A stretch of 64,000 nucleotides of DNA from an uncultured delta proteobacterium (GTDB lineage: Bacteria; Myxococcota_A; Polyangia; Polyangiales; Polyangiaceae): NCBI GenBank assembly GCA_963716725.1, contig CAVQUB010000010.1, forward strand, positions 139,873 to 203,872, given 5' to 3'. Below are positions 9,099 to 19,128 of this stretch, piece by piece. The translations under genes and the position numbers were made by a program. The number at the start of each line of letters is the position of its first letter. The first letter of the stretch is position 1. The notes beneath the pieces were generated by a model that worked only from the letters and a program-made list of their open reading frames with translations, was not told where the DNA came from and searched no databases.

Positions 9099-10163
9099 GT
9101 GTGGAACTCTCTTGCCGAGAGCGGCCCGCCGGGCTTCCATCCCTGCGTGCGGTTCCACCAGCTTTGGAAGGCCGCGAGCCTCGCGCTCGTCGCGGTGGCC
9201 TTGCTGATCTGTCCGGTGGCGCGGGCCGATGGCGACGCCGAGCTGATCCGCGCGCGAAAGCTCTACGCCCAGGGTTTGACTCAGGAAGCTGCCGGCGACT
9301 GGGCCGGCGCCCTAGCGACCTTCGAGGACGTGGCGCGCATCAGGGCCACGCCCCAGGTGAGATTCCACTTGGCCCGCTGCAAGGAGCATTTGGGGCGCTT
9401 CAACGAAGCGCTGGGCGGGTATCGAATCGCCGAATACGAGGCAGAACAGGCGGCGAGCAAGGAGCCGACGCTGCTCGACGAGGTGAGGAAGGCGCGCGTC
9501 GCCCTCGAGGGGCGCATCCCGAAGCTCACGATCGCGAGGGGCAAGGGGGCGGAAGCCATCAAGATTGAGCTCGACGGGGTCGCGCTCGGTGACACTCAGA
9601 TCGGGCAGCCCATCACCTTGGATCCGGGACCGCACGTCGTGACCGGGATCGTCGAGCGGGGCAAGACCTTCAAGAAGATGCTGAACGTGGCCGAGGGCGA
9701 CGCAGTCCGAGTCGAGCTCGACGTGCCGGACGAGCTGGTGGAGCAGCCTGTCGCGCCGCCGCTCGCAACGAACCCGGTCGAGCCCCCACGCGGGCCCGCC
9801 GAGCCCCCGGGACCTCCCGCTCGGCAGGCGCGCTCGGCTGCGCCCTGGATCATCGGTGGGATCGGTGTCGCGAGCCTGGCGGCGTCGGCCGTGTTCTATT
9901 CGCTGCGCGCGAAGGCCGAAGACGAGCTGGACCAGGGGTGTCTCGGCCGCACCTGTCCCGACACTCTGAAGGGTACCCAGCAGAACGGCGAGACCTACGC
10001 AGCTCTCACTGGAGTCACGCTCGGGATCGGCGTCGTCGGGGTCGGCGCGGGCGTGTTGATGTTGCTCGGACAGAAGAGCCCCGCTCCGAGCTCGACCCAG
10101 CCCACGGCCGCGCTACAACTGGGTCGGGGCGCCGCAGCGGTCAGCTTCCGCGGGCGCTTCTGA
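9099..10163 (+). CDS. Secreted TPR + PEGA-like protein
   Basis: Signal peptide, TPR (WAGALATFEDVAR..VRFHLARC), PEGA-like IELDGVAL..LDPGPHVV, Pro-rich linker, two Gly-rich hydrophobic helices, C-terminal ..SFRGRF. The start may be slightly downstream. Confidence 0.78.
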   Translation: MWNSLAESGPPGFHPCVRFHQLWKAASLALVAVALLICPVARADGDAELIRARKLYAQGLTQEAAGDWAGALATFEDVARIRATPQVRFHLARCKEHLGRFNEALGGYRIAEYEAEQAASKEPTLLDEVRKARVALEGRIPKLTIARGKGAEAIKIELDGVALGDTQIGQPITLDPGPHVVTGIVERGKTFKKMLNVAEGDAVRVELDVPDELVEQPVAPPLATNPVEPPRGPAEPPGPPARQARSAAPWIIGGIGVASLAASAVFYSLRAKAEDELDQGCLGRTCPDTLKGTQQNGETYAALTGVTLGIGVVGVGAGVLMLLGQKSPAPSSTQPTAALQLGRGAAAVSFRGRF

Positions 10164-10174
10164 TCTGCTCAAAG

Positions 10175-11221
10175 GTGCGGTTGATACACGGATTTCGCGT
10201 CCTCGGAGCGTGGGCAACGCTGCCCGTCGTGCTCGCCTGCAGCATCGAGCTGACCGGGAGCGCTGATCCCGATTCAGGCGCCGCCGGGAGCGGAGGCTCG
10301 ACCGTGGGCGGCTTCGGCGGCGGGGGCGCCAGCGACGACGCTGGCGCTGGCGGCGTTGCCGGTTCTCCGAGCAGCTGCGCCTCCGGATTTCAGTGCGTTC
10401 CCACGGCGAGCCTGCAGTGGGCGTATGCGTTTCTCGCGCTCGATGGCTTCGCGAATGGCGCCGGGCCACCCTGTCCCGACGGCGCCGATCCCCAAACTTA
10501 TGCCAGCCTGCCGTCGGGAGCCGGAGGTTGCGCGCCCTGCCAGTGCGCGCCGCTCCAAGGCGGAGTCTGCACCGTCCCGCTCCTCTGTGCAGAGAATGCT
10601 ACCTGCGCGAACGCGCAGAGCTACACGCGAACTGACGGCGACTGCGCGGGCAAGACCGGGAGCCCGACGCTCAGCTGCATGCTCGGGCCGCCGACGGTGG
10701 TGACGCCGGGCACCTGCGCCGCGAGCGGAGGCAGCGTTACGCAGATGGATCCCTTCGAGAAGCGAGCGTCGCTGTGCCTGGTCAAGGAGGGACCGGCGTG
10801 TGGGGCGACCTCGACCTGTGTTCCCGTGGGAACCGGCGTCTACGCGCCGTCGGTTTGCGTCTACTTGCCCGGCGAGCAGACCTGTCCCGGCGACTGGCCG
10901 ACGTCGACCGTGATCTATCAGAAACACCTCGACCAGCGCGTGTGCTCACCCTGCACTTGCTCGCCCGGCTCAGTGACCTGCCTGGCCGAGTACCAGTTCT
11001 ACGACGACATGTTGTGCGCCGGCAGCGGCAAGAAGGTGGCGAGCACCGCCTGCACCAACGTCAGCGGCGCGATCAACGATTTCTGGGCGGGCTGGGGCTA
11101 CAAACGCAGCGGAGCGCCGGTTCAAGGTGGCGGCTGCGTTCCCGGTGGCGGCATCCCGAGCGGCGGGATCGTGGGCGATCCCAACGCCGTTATCACCGTC
11201 TGCTGTCGGCAAGCGCAGTGA
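10175..11221 (+). CDS. Cys-rich lipoprotein
   Basis: Part of ORF 9938..11221. Likely GTG start at 10175 just after the upstream stop. Lipobox VVLAC, Gly linker, two internally similar Cys-rich halves, ends ITVCC. Confidence 0.7.
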   Translation: MRLIHGFRVLGAWATLPVVLACSIELTGSADPDSGAAGSGGSTVGGFGGGGASDDAGAGGVAGSPSSCASGFQCVPTASLQWAYAFLALDGFANGAGPPCPDGADPQTYASLPSGAGGCAPCQCAPLQGGVCTVPLLCAENATCANAQSYTRTDGDCAGKTGSPTLSCMLGPPTVVTPGTCAASGGSVTQMDPFEKRASLCLVKEGPACGATSTCVPVGTGVYAPSVCVYLPGEQTCPGDWPTSTVIYQKHLDQRVCSPCTCSPGSVTCLAEYQFYDDMLCAGSGKKVASTACTNVSGAINDFWAGWGYKRSGAPVQGGGCVPGGGIPSGGIVGDPNAVITVCCRQAQ

Positions 11222-11264
11222 GGTAGAGTCTCCCGGGTCGGGTCTCGAGACTCGCGCGCCGGAC

Positions 11265-12470
11265 ATGCTCGAATTCGAAGACCCCCAAGAGCTCGTGGGT
11301 GCCACCTTGGATCGACGGTGGCGCCTGAAGCGCGTCTTGGGGCAAGGCGGCCTCTCGGCGGTCTTCGAGGCCGAGCCTGTGGAGGGTGGTGGGACCTCAG
11401 CGGTCAAGGTGTTGCGGGCCGAGTTCGGAGAAAACCAGGAGGTCGTGACCCGGTTCCTGAACGAGGTGCAGGCGAGCGCTCGGGTCGACCATCCCGGAAT
11501 CGCACGGGTCTACGAGGCGGCGCGAGCGCCGGACGGGACGCCGTACTTGGTCATGGAGCTCCTGCCGGGCGAGGCCCTGGCCGATCGAATGAATCGCGGT
11601 CGCGTTCCGGTCGAACAAGCGGTGGGCATCGTGCAGAACATCCTGCGGGCGCTCTCGGCCGCGCACGCCGCCGGCGTCGTGCACCGCGACCTGAAGCCCG
11701 GAAACGTGTTCTTGACCGGCGCCGCCGACGGCGGAACTGAAGCAAAGCTGCTCGACTTCGGCATCTCGCTGGTGCTCGACGCGGCCGGCGGCATGCACCG
11801 GAAGACACGCACCGGGATGATGCTGGGTACGCCCGGCTACATGAGCCCGGAGCAGATCAAAGACATCAAGCACGCCGACGCTCGGGCCGATCTCTGGTCC
11901 TGCAGCATTCTGTTCTACGAGCTTCTCACTGGAGTTCCGGCGTTCGAGGCAGAGAACGAGTTCGTGCGGGTCACCAAGGTCCTCACCAGCTCACCGACTC
12001 CCATCGAGCAGGTGGCTCCTCAATTTGCGCACTGGGGCCCCTTCTTCCAGCGGGCGCTCGCCCGAGAGTTGGCGGGGCGATTTCAGACCGCCTACGAGAT
12101 GGCGCAGGCGATCGAGAGCGTGGCGCGCTCGGGACAGATGCCCAGTCCCTTGCTGCCGTCACCGGTCACCGCTGGCGCGGCTGAGTTCCCGACTGGGGCT
12201 GCGCAGCCCTCTGCGCCTGCGGGTCAGTACCCGGCCAATCCTCCGCCTCCCGCCCCAGAGGCGGCCGCGCCGAGACGCTTCGGCGGTGACACGGCGGTGT
12301 CGGCGGGGCTGCCCGGTGGCGCGTCGTCCCCCCAGTCGATGCCGCCTTCGGTGCAGGTGGTCACGGTCCCTCGCCGGGGGCTCTCGCTGCCCCTGCCGCT
12401 GGCGCTGATCCTCTTCGGCATTGCCTTGATGCTCGGCTTTGCCGCCGGGCTCTTCGTCGGCAGGTGGTGA
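11265..12470 (+). CDS. Ser/Thr protein kinase with C-terminal transmembrane anchor
   Basis: LGQGGLSAVF, AVKVL, HRDLKPGN, DFG, GTPGYMSPE, then a Pro-rich linker and a terminal hydrophobic helix. Confidence 0.88.
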   Translation: MLEFEDPQELVGATLDRRWRLKRVLGQGGLSAVFEAEPVEGGGTSAVKVLRAEFGENQEVVTRFLNEVQASARVDHPGIARVYEAARAPDGTPYLVMELLPGEALADRMNRGRVPVEQAVGIVQNILRALSAAHAAGVVHRDLKPGNVFLTGAADGGTEAKLLDFGISLVLDAAGGMHRKTRTGMMLGTPGYMSPEQIKDIKHADARADLWSCSILFYELLTGVPAFEAENEFVRVTKVLTSSPTPIEQVAPQFAHWGPFFQRALARELAGRFQTAYEMAQAIESVARSGQMPSPLLPSPVTAGAAEFPTGAAQPSAPAGQYPANPPPPAPEAAAPRRFGGDTAVSAGLPGGASSPQSMPPSVQVVTVPRRGLSLPLPLALILFGIALMLGFAAGLFVGRW

Positions 12471-12504
12471 CGCCTGGGGCGGGCTCGGGTAGAAGTCGCC
12501 CACC

Positions 12505-13035
12505 ATGACCGAGCTCGACAGCCGCTGTCTCGAAGCGTTCCCGAACTGGTTGCGCACCCTCGGCGACGATGCGCGTGCGCTCGCGGCCCTGGTCGAGTCG
12601 AGCGCGACGCCCGCGTCGGTTCGGCGCGGGTCGGCCGCCGCCTTGAACTACCTCCTGCGTTCTCTCGATCTGATCCCGGATGGAATCGAGGATCTAGGCT
12701 TCATCGACGACGCCTTCGTGTTCAGGGTCGCGGCGGTCAGCGCCGACGCCGAGGGAGCAGAGCCTGTGCTTTCGCGCCTGGCCGCGGAGGCCGCGACCAT
12801 CCGCGAGTTTCTCGAAGGCGACTACGAGCGTCTCGAGAACTATGTCGCGGCGCTCGGCAGCGCGCCGTCGCGGGGCCGCACGGTCGACGACATCCTCGCC
12901 GATGCATCCGTAACCGCCGAGTTCGTGCGCGATATCCGCGGCTGGGCCGACGCTTACACGGCCCCGACCTTTCATCGCGACGCGAAGAACCTGGTCAAGT
13001 TGCGGAGCTTCCTGGCGGCAAAGCTCCCGAAGTGA
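12505..13035 (+). CDS. DUF1232/YkvA-like protein
   Basis: Motif ALNYLLRSLDLIPDGIEDLGFIDDA matches the Y..SP.D.IPD....G..DD pattern of DUF1232. Confidence 0.75.
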   Translation: MTELDSRCLEAFPNWLRTLGDDARALAALVESSATPASVRRGSAAALNYLLRSLDLIPDGIEDLGFIDDAFVFRVAAVSADAEGAEPVLSRLAAEAATIREFLEGDYERLENYVAALGSAPSRGRTVDDILADASVTAEFVRDIRGWADAYTAPTFHRDAKNLVKLRSFLAAKLPK

Positions 13036-13038
13036 AGC

Positions 13039-14775
13039 TCAGGCAATCGAGCGGGTACTGGCGTTCGCCCAGGGTTGCTCGGTGACTTCGTGCGTGGCTT
13101 CGCTGCTCTTCAGCTGAGCCATCAGGTCGCGACACTCCGGCCGCTCTTTGAGGCATTCCATCAGTGCGCTGCTGCCGTCGGTGAACGCCTTCTCCATACG
13201 GATGCCCTCGCGGGTGCGTGTTGCCACCTTCTCGCGTCCGCTCGCCAAATCTTCTTCCAGCGCTTCGGCGTAGCGCGCGAGCTGAGCACGAAGATCTTCG
13301 ATCTGTCGGCGCAAATCTCGGGCGATGGACTCTCGCCCCGTGCGGCGAGTCTCTCGCGTGGAGAGCCACTGACGTTTGGCTTCGACCATGGCGCGCGCGG
13401 CGCCGGCGCTCTCGAAGATGGCCCGTGATCCCTGGCCGGAGCGTTCGGCACTGTCGGCTTGCCCCACCTTGTCCTTGGCCAGTTGCATAGCGGCGGTGAG
13501 CTCGCGCCGCGCGGCTTCTTCTTCTTCACCGTAGGCAGCTGCGTCGCGCAGCGCGCGGCTCTCTTCTTGAGCCAGCTCCTCGACCTTGCGGCCGATCTCG
13601 GCGCGCAGTGCGCGTCCGCGCCGCTCGAGCGCCTCGAGCTTGCGAGTGTGGCTCGCGATTTCACCTTCGAGACCGTTGGCCTTCGCGGTGACCTCCCAGA
13701 TGCTGGCCATGGCTTGGGCCAGCTCGGGCGTGGCGTTGCCCGCGGGGAACGCTCGCGCCAGCATGCGGGCGAAGAGGCCCGCGCGGTTCGCCCACTCGGT
13801 GACCGGGGTGGTCTTCGGCGGCGGCGGAGGCGGAGGCGCGACCTGGGGCTGCGGATCCCCGGCGCTCTCCTTGTCCCACGAGGTGCTGGGCAGGGACCGT
13901 TGCAGCGCCTTCAGCTCTTCGAGCAGATGATGGCCGTCGCGGTAGCGCTTGCGCGCCTCCTTCTCGAGCAGCTTGAGGATGATCTTCTCCGCGACCGGGT
14001 TCACGTCCTTCTTGATGCCCGCGGGTCGGGGTGCGGGCGCCGTTCGCTGCATTTCGAGCAGTGTGTCGCGATCGGTGGCGCGGAACGGGAGCTGTCCCAC
14101 CAACATCTCGAAGAAGAGCACGCCGAGCGCGTAGAGATCCGATTGCGGGCCGGCCTGCTCTCCACGCGCCTGCTCCGGAGACATGTACTCGGGCGTCCCG
14201 AACACGGCGCCCTTGGGCGCGAGTCGCGGATCGTGGGCGAGAGCAGCGAGCCCGAAGTCGAGGATCTTCACGAAGTCTTTGCGACCGCCGCGCTGCGTGA
14301 GCAGGATGTTGTCGCTCTTCAGATCGCGATGCACGACGCCGAGGTCGTGGGCGCGCGCGAGCGCTGCTCCCATCTGCTCGAGGATGTCCACGCCGCGGGT
14401 GAGCGGCATCGGACCGCGCGCGAGCTCGGTCGAGAGGGGAGTGCCGATCAGGTACTCCATGACCAGATACAGCTCGCCCTCGTCGGTCTCGCCGATGTCG
14501 TGGATGTCGATGATGTGGGCGTGATCGACCCGGTTGGCGGCGCGGGCCTCGCGCAGCATCCACGCCCGAAGGTGGGTCTCGCCGCGGAGGTCGGGCCGAA
14601 TCAGCTTCACCGCAACGACGCGGTCGATGAGCACGTGACGGGCGCGGTACACGATGCCCATGCCGCCCTCGCCGATCCGCGCCTCGAGGCGATAGCGCCC
14701 CGCAATGACCTTGCCGATCGCGGGATCCTCACCGCGTCCACGTGAGCTCGAGCGTTGCGGCGCTGCTTGTGCCAT
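13039..14775 (-). CDS. Cytoplasmic Ser/Thr protein kinase with long C-terminal coiled coil
   Basis: IGEGGMGIVY, VAVK, HRDLKSDN, DFG, GTPEYMSPE. Heptad-rich E/R/A C-terminal half, no TM segment. Confidence 0.9.
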   Translation of the reverse strand: MAQAAPQRSSSRGRGEDPAIGKVIAGRYRLEARIGEGGMGIVYRARHVLIDRVVAVKLIRPDLRGETHLRAWMLREARAANRVDHAHIIDIHDIGETDEGELYLVMEYLIGTPLSTELARGPMPLTRGVDILEQMGAALARAHDLGVVHRDLKSDNILLTQRGGRKDFVKILDFGLAALAHDPRLAPKGAVFGTPEYMSPEQARGEQAGPQSDLYALGVLFFEMLVGQLPFRATDRDTLLEMQRTAPAPRPAGIKKDVNPVAEKIILKLLEKEARKRYRDGHHLLEELKALQRSLPSTSWDKESAGDPQPQVAPPPPPPPKTTPVTEWANRAGLFARMLARAFPAGNATPELAQAMASIWEVTAKANGLEGEIASHTRKLEALERRGRALRAEIGRKVEELAQEESRALRDAAAYGEEEEAARRELTAAMQLAKDKVGQADSAERSGQGSRAIFESAGAARAMVEAKRQWLSTRETRRTGRESIARDLRRQIEDLRAQLARYAEALEEDLASGREKVATRTREGIRMEKAFTDGSSALMECLKERPECRDLMAQLKSSEATHEVTEQPWANASTRSIA

Positions 14776-14850
14776 CGATGTTGTTTTCCGTCCTTCGAGG
14801 AGACCTCGGATGCTAGCGGAAAGCCCGCGCGCGCTCCAGAGGTGGGGTCG

Positions 14851-15516
14851 TCAGAAGACGAAGCGCATCACCGGCACACGGACCTCGGTCGACTGTTTGA
14901 CGCCGAATTCCATGATCTCAGTGCGGGTGAAGGCGTTTCGGACCTCGACCGCGGGCACACTCAGCGTCACCGCGGTGGGACTCAGGCCCACGAGAGCCGG
15001 CGGCGCGGTGTACAGCTCCGCCTGCTGCACCGGGCGACGGGCGATCCGGCGGGTACGCGCCTTCTTGACTGCGCCTTGCGGGGCGGGGGCTGCGCTCGGC
15101 TGGGCCGGCTCGGCTGCCGGCTCGTCCGCCGGGGCCCGGTCTTCCGTGGCGTCGACGGAGGGGGCTTGGTAGGCGGTGGCGTTCAACACAGCCACGGTGG
15201 TCGGGATCGCGAGGGCCATCCCGCCAGCGAGCAGATAGATGCTGATCTTGGGCTCGGCGCCGTCCTCGATGAAATAGCCGCCTACGCCGCCGGCGATGCC
15301 GCCGGCGATGCCGCCCACGGCGTAAGCCCACGGCTTCTTCACCTTGATGGCCGCTTCCACCAGCATGATCACTTCGGCACCCAGCAGCGCTCCGCCAGTG
15401 ATGCCTTTGCCCGTTGCAGACGCCTCGGTCGCGTCCTCGGCGGCGCGCGCCGGGTTTCCGCTGAAAACCAGAGTCGCCGCGACAGCGGCTCCCGTGAGCA
15501 GGTGAAGAATACGCAT
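14851..15516 (-). CDS. Hypothetical exported/membrane protein with glycine-zipper-like helices
   Basis: ATG at 15516 with GGAGG RBS, signal peptide ending ARA, GGIAGGIAGGVGG segment, C-terminal ..VMRFVF. Confidence 0.7.
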   Translation of the reverse strand: MRILHLLTGAAVAATLVFSGNPARAAEDATEASATGKGITGGALLGAEVIMLVEAAIKVKKPWAYAVGGIAGGIAGGVGGYFIEDGAEPKISIYLLAGGMALAIPTTVAVLNATAYQAPSVDATEDRAPADEPAAEPAQPSAAPAPQGAVKKARTRRIARRPVQQAELYTAPPALVGLSPTAVTLSVPAVEVRNAFTRTEIMEFGVKQSTEVRVPVMRFVF

Positions 15517-15668
15517 CGTTCCTCCGCAGGTGGGTCCCCGATCTCCGGTGTCCCAGCGTGCTGAAATGTTCGCGAAGGGTACCCTGGCCCCGGCCGGCCA
15601 CCAAGGCCTAGCGCGGGGCCCCGGATTTCTGGGCGGCCGGCAGGGCAAAGACGGGCTAAATCAAGGGC

Positions 15669-16664
15669 ATGGGAGCCCTGGGCTGGCGCGCGGTGGTGGG
15701 AGCCAGCCTCGCGGTGCTCGGGGTACTCGCGCTGGGCCTGGCTGCGGGCGGCATCCGGCTCCTGCCGTGGCTCTGGGCGCCCGAGGTGCCGATAGAGGTC
15801 GCGCTGCCCTTTGCCCGGGCGCTCGGCGCCGCCGCCACCGAGACGGCGCTCGTGGTCGGGGCGCCGGTGGGTGCCGCCCTCGCGGTTGCGGGCTTCGTCG
15901 ACCGCGGCGAGGCCCGCGCGCTGTTCGCAGTGGGGGCATCGCCCCTGCGCCTGGTGCTGGGCGCATCGCCCCGCATCGCGGCATTCGTGTTGGCTGCCGC
16001 TCTGGTCGGCGCAGCTTGGGGCTCCAGCGCGGACGTCCCCGGTCGCTTCGCCGCGGAGCTGGTCGAGCAAGGACGCGCGAGCTGCGCCCGCGCCACATCA
16101 CCAAAGAGTGCGCAGGTCCCCTTGGTGGGAGTGACGTGGTTGTGTTTTCCGGGCGAGCCCCCGCGCGTGACCGGGGGGTTGCCTGGGCTTGGCGAGTTCG
16201 GTTCGTTCACTGCGCGAGCGCTCAGGCCGAGCGACGATCTGCGCCAAGTGCGCTTCGATGAGCTCCGCGTGTTCACGAGGAAGGTCGATGACCAGCCATC
16301 CCTCGAGCTGTCGGTGCAGACGGCGACGGTTCGCGGCCTGCCGGGTTGGGGACGGAGCGCAAAGCTCGGATTGGTCGTGCGGAGCGCCCTCTCGGCCGGC
16401 ACGGCCATGGTGCTCGTGCTCGGGGTGGTCTTCAGTGTGCTTCACCTCGGAGTCACGCGACGGCTTGGCGCGCTCGCCCTCGGCGGCCTCCCGTCGCTGG
16501 CCGCGTTCACGTCACTCTCGCGCTTCGACGCCAGCTCGCTGCCCGCGGCGGCGTGCCTTCTCGTCCCCTTCGTCGGAGCCGCGGCGCTGGTTGGGGTCGC
16601 GCTCGGGGCGCGAGCCTTTCCGGCGGATCTGCGCTGGCTCCGGCGGCTTTCCCGGCGACGCTGA
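15669..16664 (+). CDS. Membrane protein, possibly a divergent LptF/LptG-family permease
   Basis: 3 TM + soluble domain + 3 TM layout. The motif DRGEARALFAVGASPLRL resembles the LptF/G E..A....G.S..R motif. Confidence 0.5.
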   Translation: MGALGWRAVVGASLAVLGVLALGLAAGGIRLLPWLWAPEVPIEVALPFARALGAAATETALVVGAPVGAALAVAGFVDRGEARALFAVGASPLRLVLGASPRIAAFVLAAALVGAAWGSSADVPGRFAAELVEQGRASCARATSPKSAQVPLVGVTWLCFPGEPPRVTGGLPGLGEFGSFTARALRPSDDLRQVRFDELRVFTRKVDDQPSLELSVQTATVRGLPGWGRSAKLGLVVRSALSAGTAMVLVLGVVFSVLHLGVTRRLGALALGGLPSLAAFTSLSRFDASSLPAAACLLVPFVGAAALVGVALGARAFPADLRWLRRLSRRR

Positions 16665-16719
16665 CCGCGGTCCCAGCGCGTTGCCCGATCGTGCCGGCAA
16701 TGTTAAACGTCGCGCTCCC

Positions 16720-17007
16720 ATGGGTGCCGGCCCTTGGCAGCTCGCTGTCATCGCCCTATTGCTTCTCGTCTTCTTCGGCAGAAGCCGGCTGGGGGAGATC
16801 GGGCGTGGGCTCGGTCGAGGCCTGCGGGCGCTCCGCGAGAGCGTGAAGGCAAGAGACGGTGAGGCCGGAGACGACGATGACACCGACGATGACGACGACG
16901 AACCCGCGCTCCCCCGGCGACGCGCCGGCAAGGGCGAAACTGGAGTGAGGAGCCGCCGGCACGTGATGGCAAAGCCACGCGAGCCGGACTCCGAGGCCGA
17001 CGACTGA
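16720..17007 (+). CDS. tatA: Twin-arginine translocase TatA/TatE-family subunit
   Basis: MGAGPWQLAVIALLLLVFFG..RLGEIGRGLGRGLRALRESV gives a TM helix, FG hinge and amphipathic helix, followed by a charged tail. Confidence 0.75.
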   Translation: MGAGPWQLAVIALLLLVFFGRSRLGEIGRGLGRGLRALRESVKARDGEAGDDDDTDDDDDEPALPRRRAGKGETGVRSRRHVMAKPREPDSEADD

Positions 17008-17015
17008 AGGAGCTG

Positions 17016-18218
17016 ATGGTGCCAACGAACCTCGCAAAACGACTGGAAGCGGTGGCGCCGAGCGCGACCCTCGCGATGACCGCAAAGGCCGCGGAGCTCA
17101 GGGCGAAAGGCCGTAAGGTCTACGCTTTTGGCGTGGGCGAGCCCGACTTCGAGACGCCCGAGCACATCCGCCTCGCGGCGCAGGCAGCGATGGGCAAGAG
17201 TTCGCACTACACCGCGGTGCAGGGCACGGCCAGCCTGCGCGAAGCGATATGCGTCGCGACCGAACGGGACCGTGGGTGGCGGCCGACGCCGGACGCCGTC
17301 ACCGTATCGGTTGGAGCGAAACACGCACTCTTCAACCTGGCGATGGTGCTCTGTGACCCCGGTGACGAGTTCGTGATCCCCGCCCCGTATTGGGTGAGCT
17401 ACCCGGAGCAGGTGCGCTTGTTCGGAGGCGTCCCAACGATCGTCGAGACCAGCGCCGAGCGCGGCTTCCGCATGACTCCCGAGGCACTCGATGCGGCCAT
17501 CGGACCGCGGACCAAGGCCGTCATCTTGTGCACTCCGTCGAACCCGAGCGGAGCGGCCTACGACGCCGGCGAGCTCTTGGCTCTGGCCGAGGTGCTGAAG
17601 GCGCGCGACGTATGGATCGTGCTCGACGAAATCTACGGCGACCTGACCTACGAGGGTTTCGAGCACGTTTCGCTGGCCAAGCTGGCGCCGGAGCTGCGGG
17701 ACAAGATGATCGTGGTCGATGGCGTGAGCAAGACCTACGCGATGACCGGCTGGCGCATCGGCTGGTCCATCACGCCGCCGGCGCTGGCCAAGGCCCTGCT
17801 GAAGGTGCAGGGGCAGTCCACCACCAACGCCACCGCGATCGCGCAGGCCGCGGCGGAGGCAGCGCTGCTCGGTCCCCGGGAACCCATCGCCGAGATGGCC
17901 CGGATCTTCGCCGAGCGCCGGCGCCGAATGGTCGAGGGGTTGAACGGAATCCCGGGCATGCGCTGTGACTGGCCGCGCGGCGCGTTCTACGCGTTTCCCG
18001 ACGTCACGGGCCTCTACGGTATCCAGTGGGGCGACCGGCGGCTCGCGAGCGCGGACGACGTTTCGCTCTGGCAGCTCGAGGTCTGCGGGATCGCCGCGGT
18101 GGCGGGTGAGCCCTTCGGTGCGCCGGGCCACGTGCGCTACAGCTACGCTGCGGCCGAGTCCGTGATCGACGAAGCGCTCTCCGTCCTCGGCGCAGCGGTC
18201 GCTTCTGCAAAGCGTTGA
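17016..18218 (+). CDS. PLP-dependent class I/II (aspartate-type) aminotransferase
   Basis: GVGEPDF, PSNPSG, DEIY, SKTYAMTGWRIG (PLP lysine), GAFY. Confidence 0.93.
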   Translation: MVPTNLAKRLEAVAPSATLAMTAKAAELRAKGRKVYAFGVGEPDFETPEHIRLAAQAAMGKSSHYTAVQGTASLREAICVATERDRGWRPTPDAVTVSVGAKHALFNLAMVLCDPGDEFVIPAPYWVSYPEQVRLFGGVPTIVETSAERGFRMTPEALDAAIGPRTKAVILCTPSNPSGAAYDAGELLALAEVLKARDVWIVLDEIYGDLTYEGFEHVSLAKLAPELRDKMIVVDGVSKTYAMTGWRIGWSITPPALAKALLKVQGQSTTNATAIAQAAAEAALLGPREPIAEMARIFAERRRRMVEGLNGIPGMRCDWPRGAFYAFPDVTGLYGIQWGDRRLASADDVSLWQLEVCGIAAVAGEPFGAPGHVRYSYAAAESVIDEALSVLGAAVASAKR

Positions 18219-18225
18219 CCATCGA

Positions 18226-19128
18226 ATGTCGAACATGGCCGAGGCAGTGGATGCAGTGACCCGAACCCGAGATGCGACGCGCGTTGCCGGTGCGCTGTTT
18301 CAGCTCGCGAAGCCTGGCGTCACTCGCATGGTGCTGGTCACCACGGGCATCGGCGCAATCCTGGTGCCGGGCCGGATCGTGCTCCCGAGGTTGGCCCTGA
18401 CCGTGACCGCGACCGCCGCGGTGGTCGCGGCGGCCAACGCTCTCAACATGTACCTCGAGCGTGACGTGGACGCCCGCATGGCGCGCACCCGGACCCGGCC
18501 GCTTCCGTCGGGACGTCTCTCACCGGAGGTGGCCCTCTGGTTCGGGGTCGTCCTGGCATTCACTGGGATTTCGGCCCTCACTTTCCTGATCAACCCCCTC
18601 TCCGGCCTGCTGTCCGCGCTGGCCATTTCTCTCTACGTCCTGGTCTACACGCCGCTCAAGCGCGTGACGCCCTACGCGCTCCACGTGGGCGCTATCCCCG
18701 GCGCCATCCCGCCCTTGATTGGTTGGGCCAGCGTGACCGGCGAGCTCTCGCTGCCGGCGCTGAGCGTGTTCGCCATCCTGCTCGTCTGGCAGATCCCACA
18801 CTTCCTTGCGATCGCGATCTTTCGCGCGTCCGAGTACGAGGCAGCGGGTCTGGCCGTGTATCCGTCGGTGCGGGGCGTGCCGGCCGCGAAGCGAGCAGTG
18901 ATCGCGTACTCATTTTTGTTGCTGGTGGTGAGCGGACTGCCCGTCGTCGCCGGAATCGGCGCGACTTGGTACCTTGGCGTCGCGGCTGTGCTCGGCGTGA
19001 CGCAGATCGTGATCGCGCTCCGGGGCCTGGTTGCCCCGGACCTGAGTCAGTGGGCTCGCTCGTTGTTCTACGCGACGCTTCCCTACCTGCTCGTGGTCTA
19101 CGGCGCCTTGGCGCTGACCGCGTCATGA
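18226..19128 (+). CDS. cyoE: Protoheme IX farnesyltransferase (heme o synthase)
   Basis: NMYLERDVDARMARTRTRPLPSG, YTPLKR, GAIPGAIPPLIGW, WQIPHFLAI. Confidence 0.93.
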   Translation: MSNMAEAVDAVTRTRDATRVAGALFQLAKPGVTRMVLVTTGIGAILVPGRIVLPRLALTVTATAAVVAAANALNMYLERDVDARMARTRTRPLPSGRLSPEVALWFGVVLAFTGISALTFLINPLSGLLSALAISLYVLVYTPLKRVTPYALHVGAIPGAIPPLIGWASVTGELSLPALSVFAILLVWQIPHFLAIAIFRASEYEAAGLAVYPSVRGVPAAKRAVIAYSFLLLVVSGLPVVAGIGATWYLGVAAVLGVTQIVIALRGLVAPDLSQWARSLFYATLPYLLVVYGALALTAS

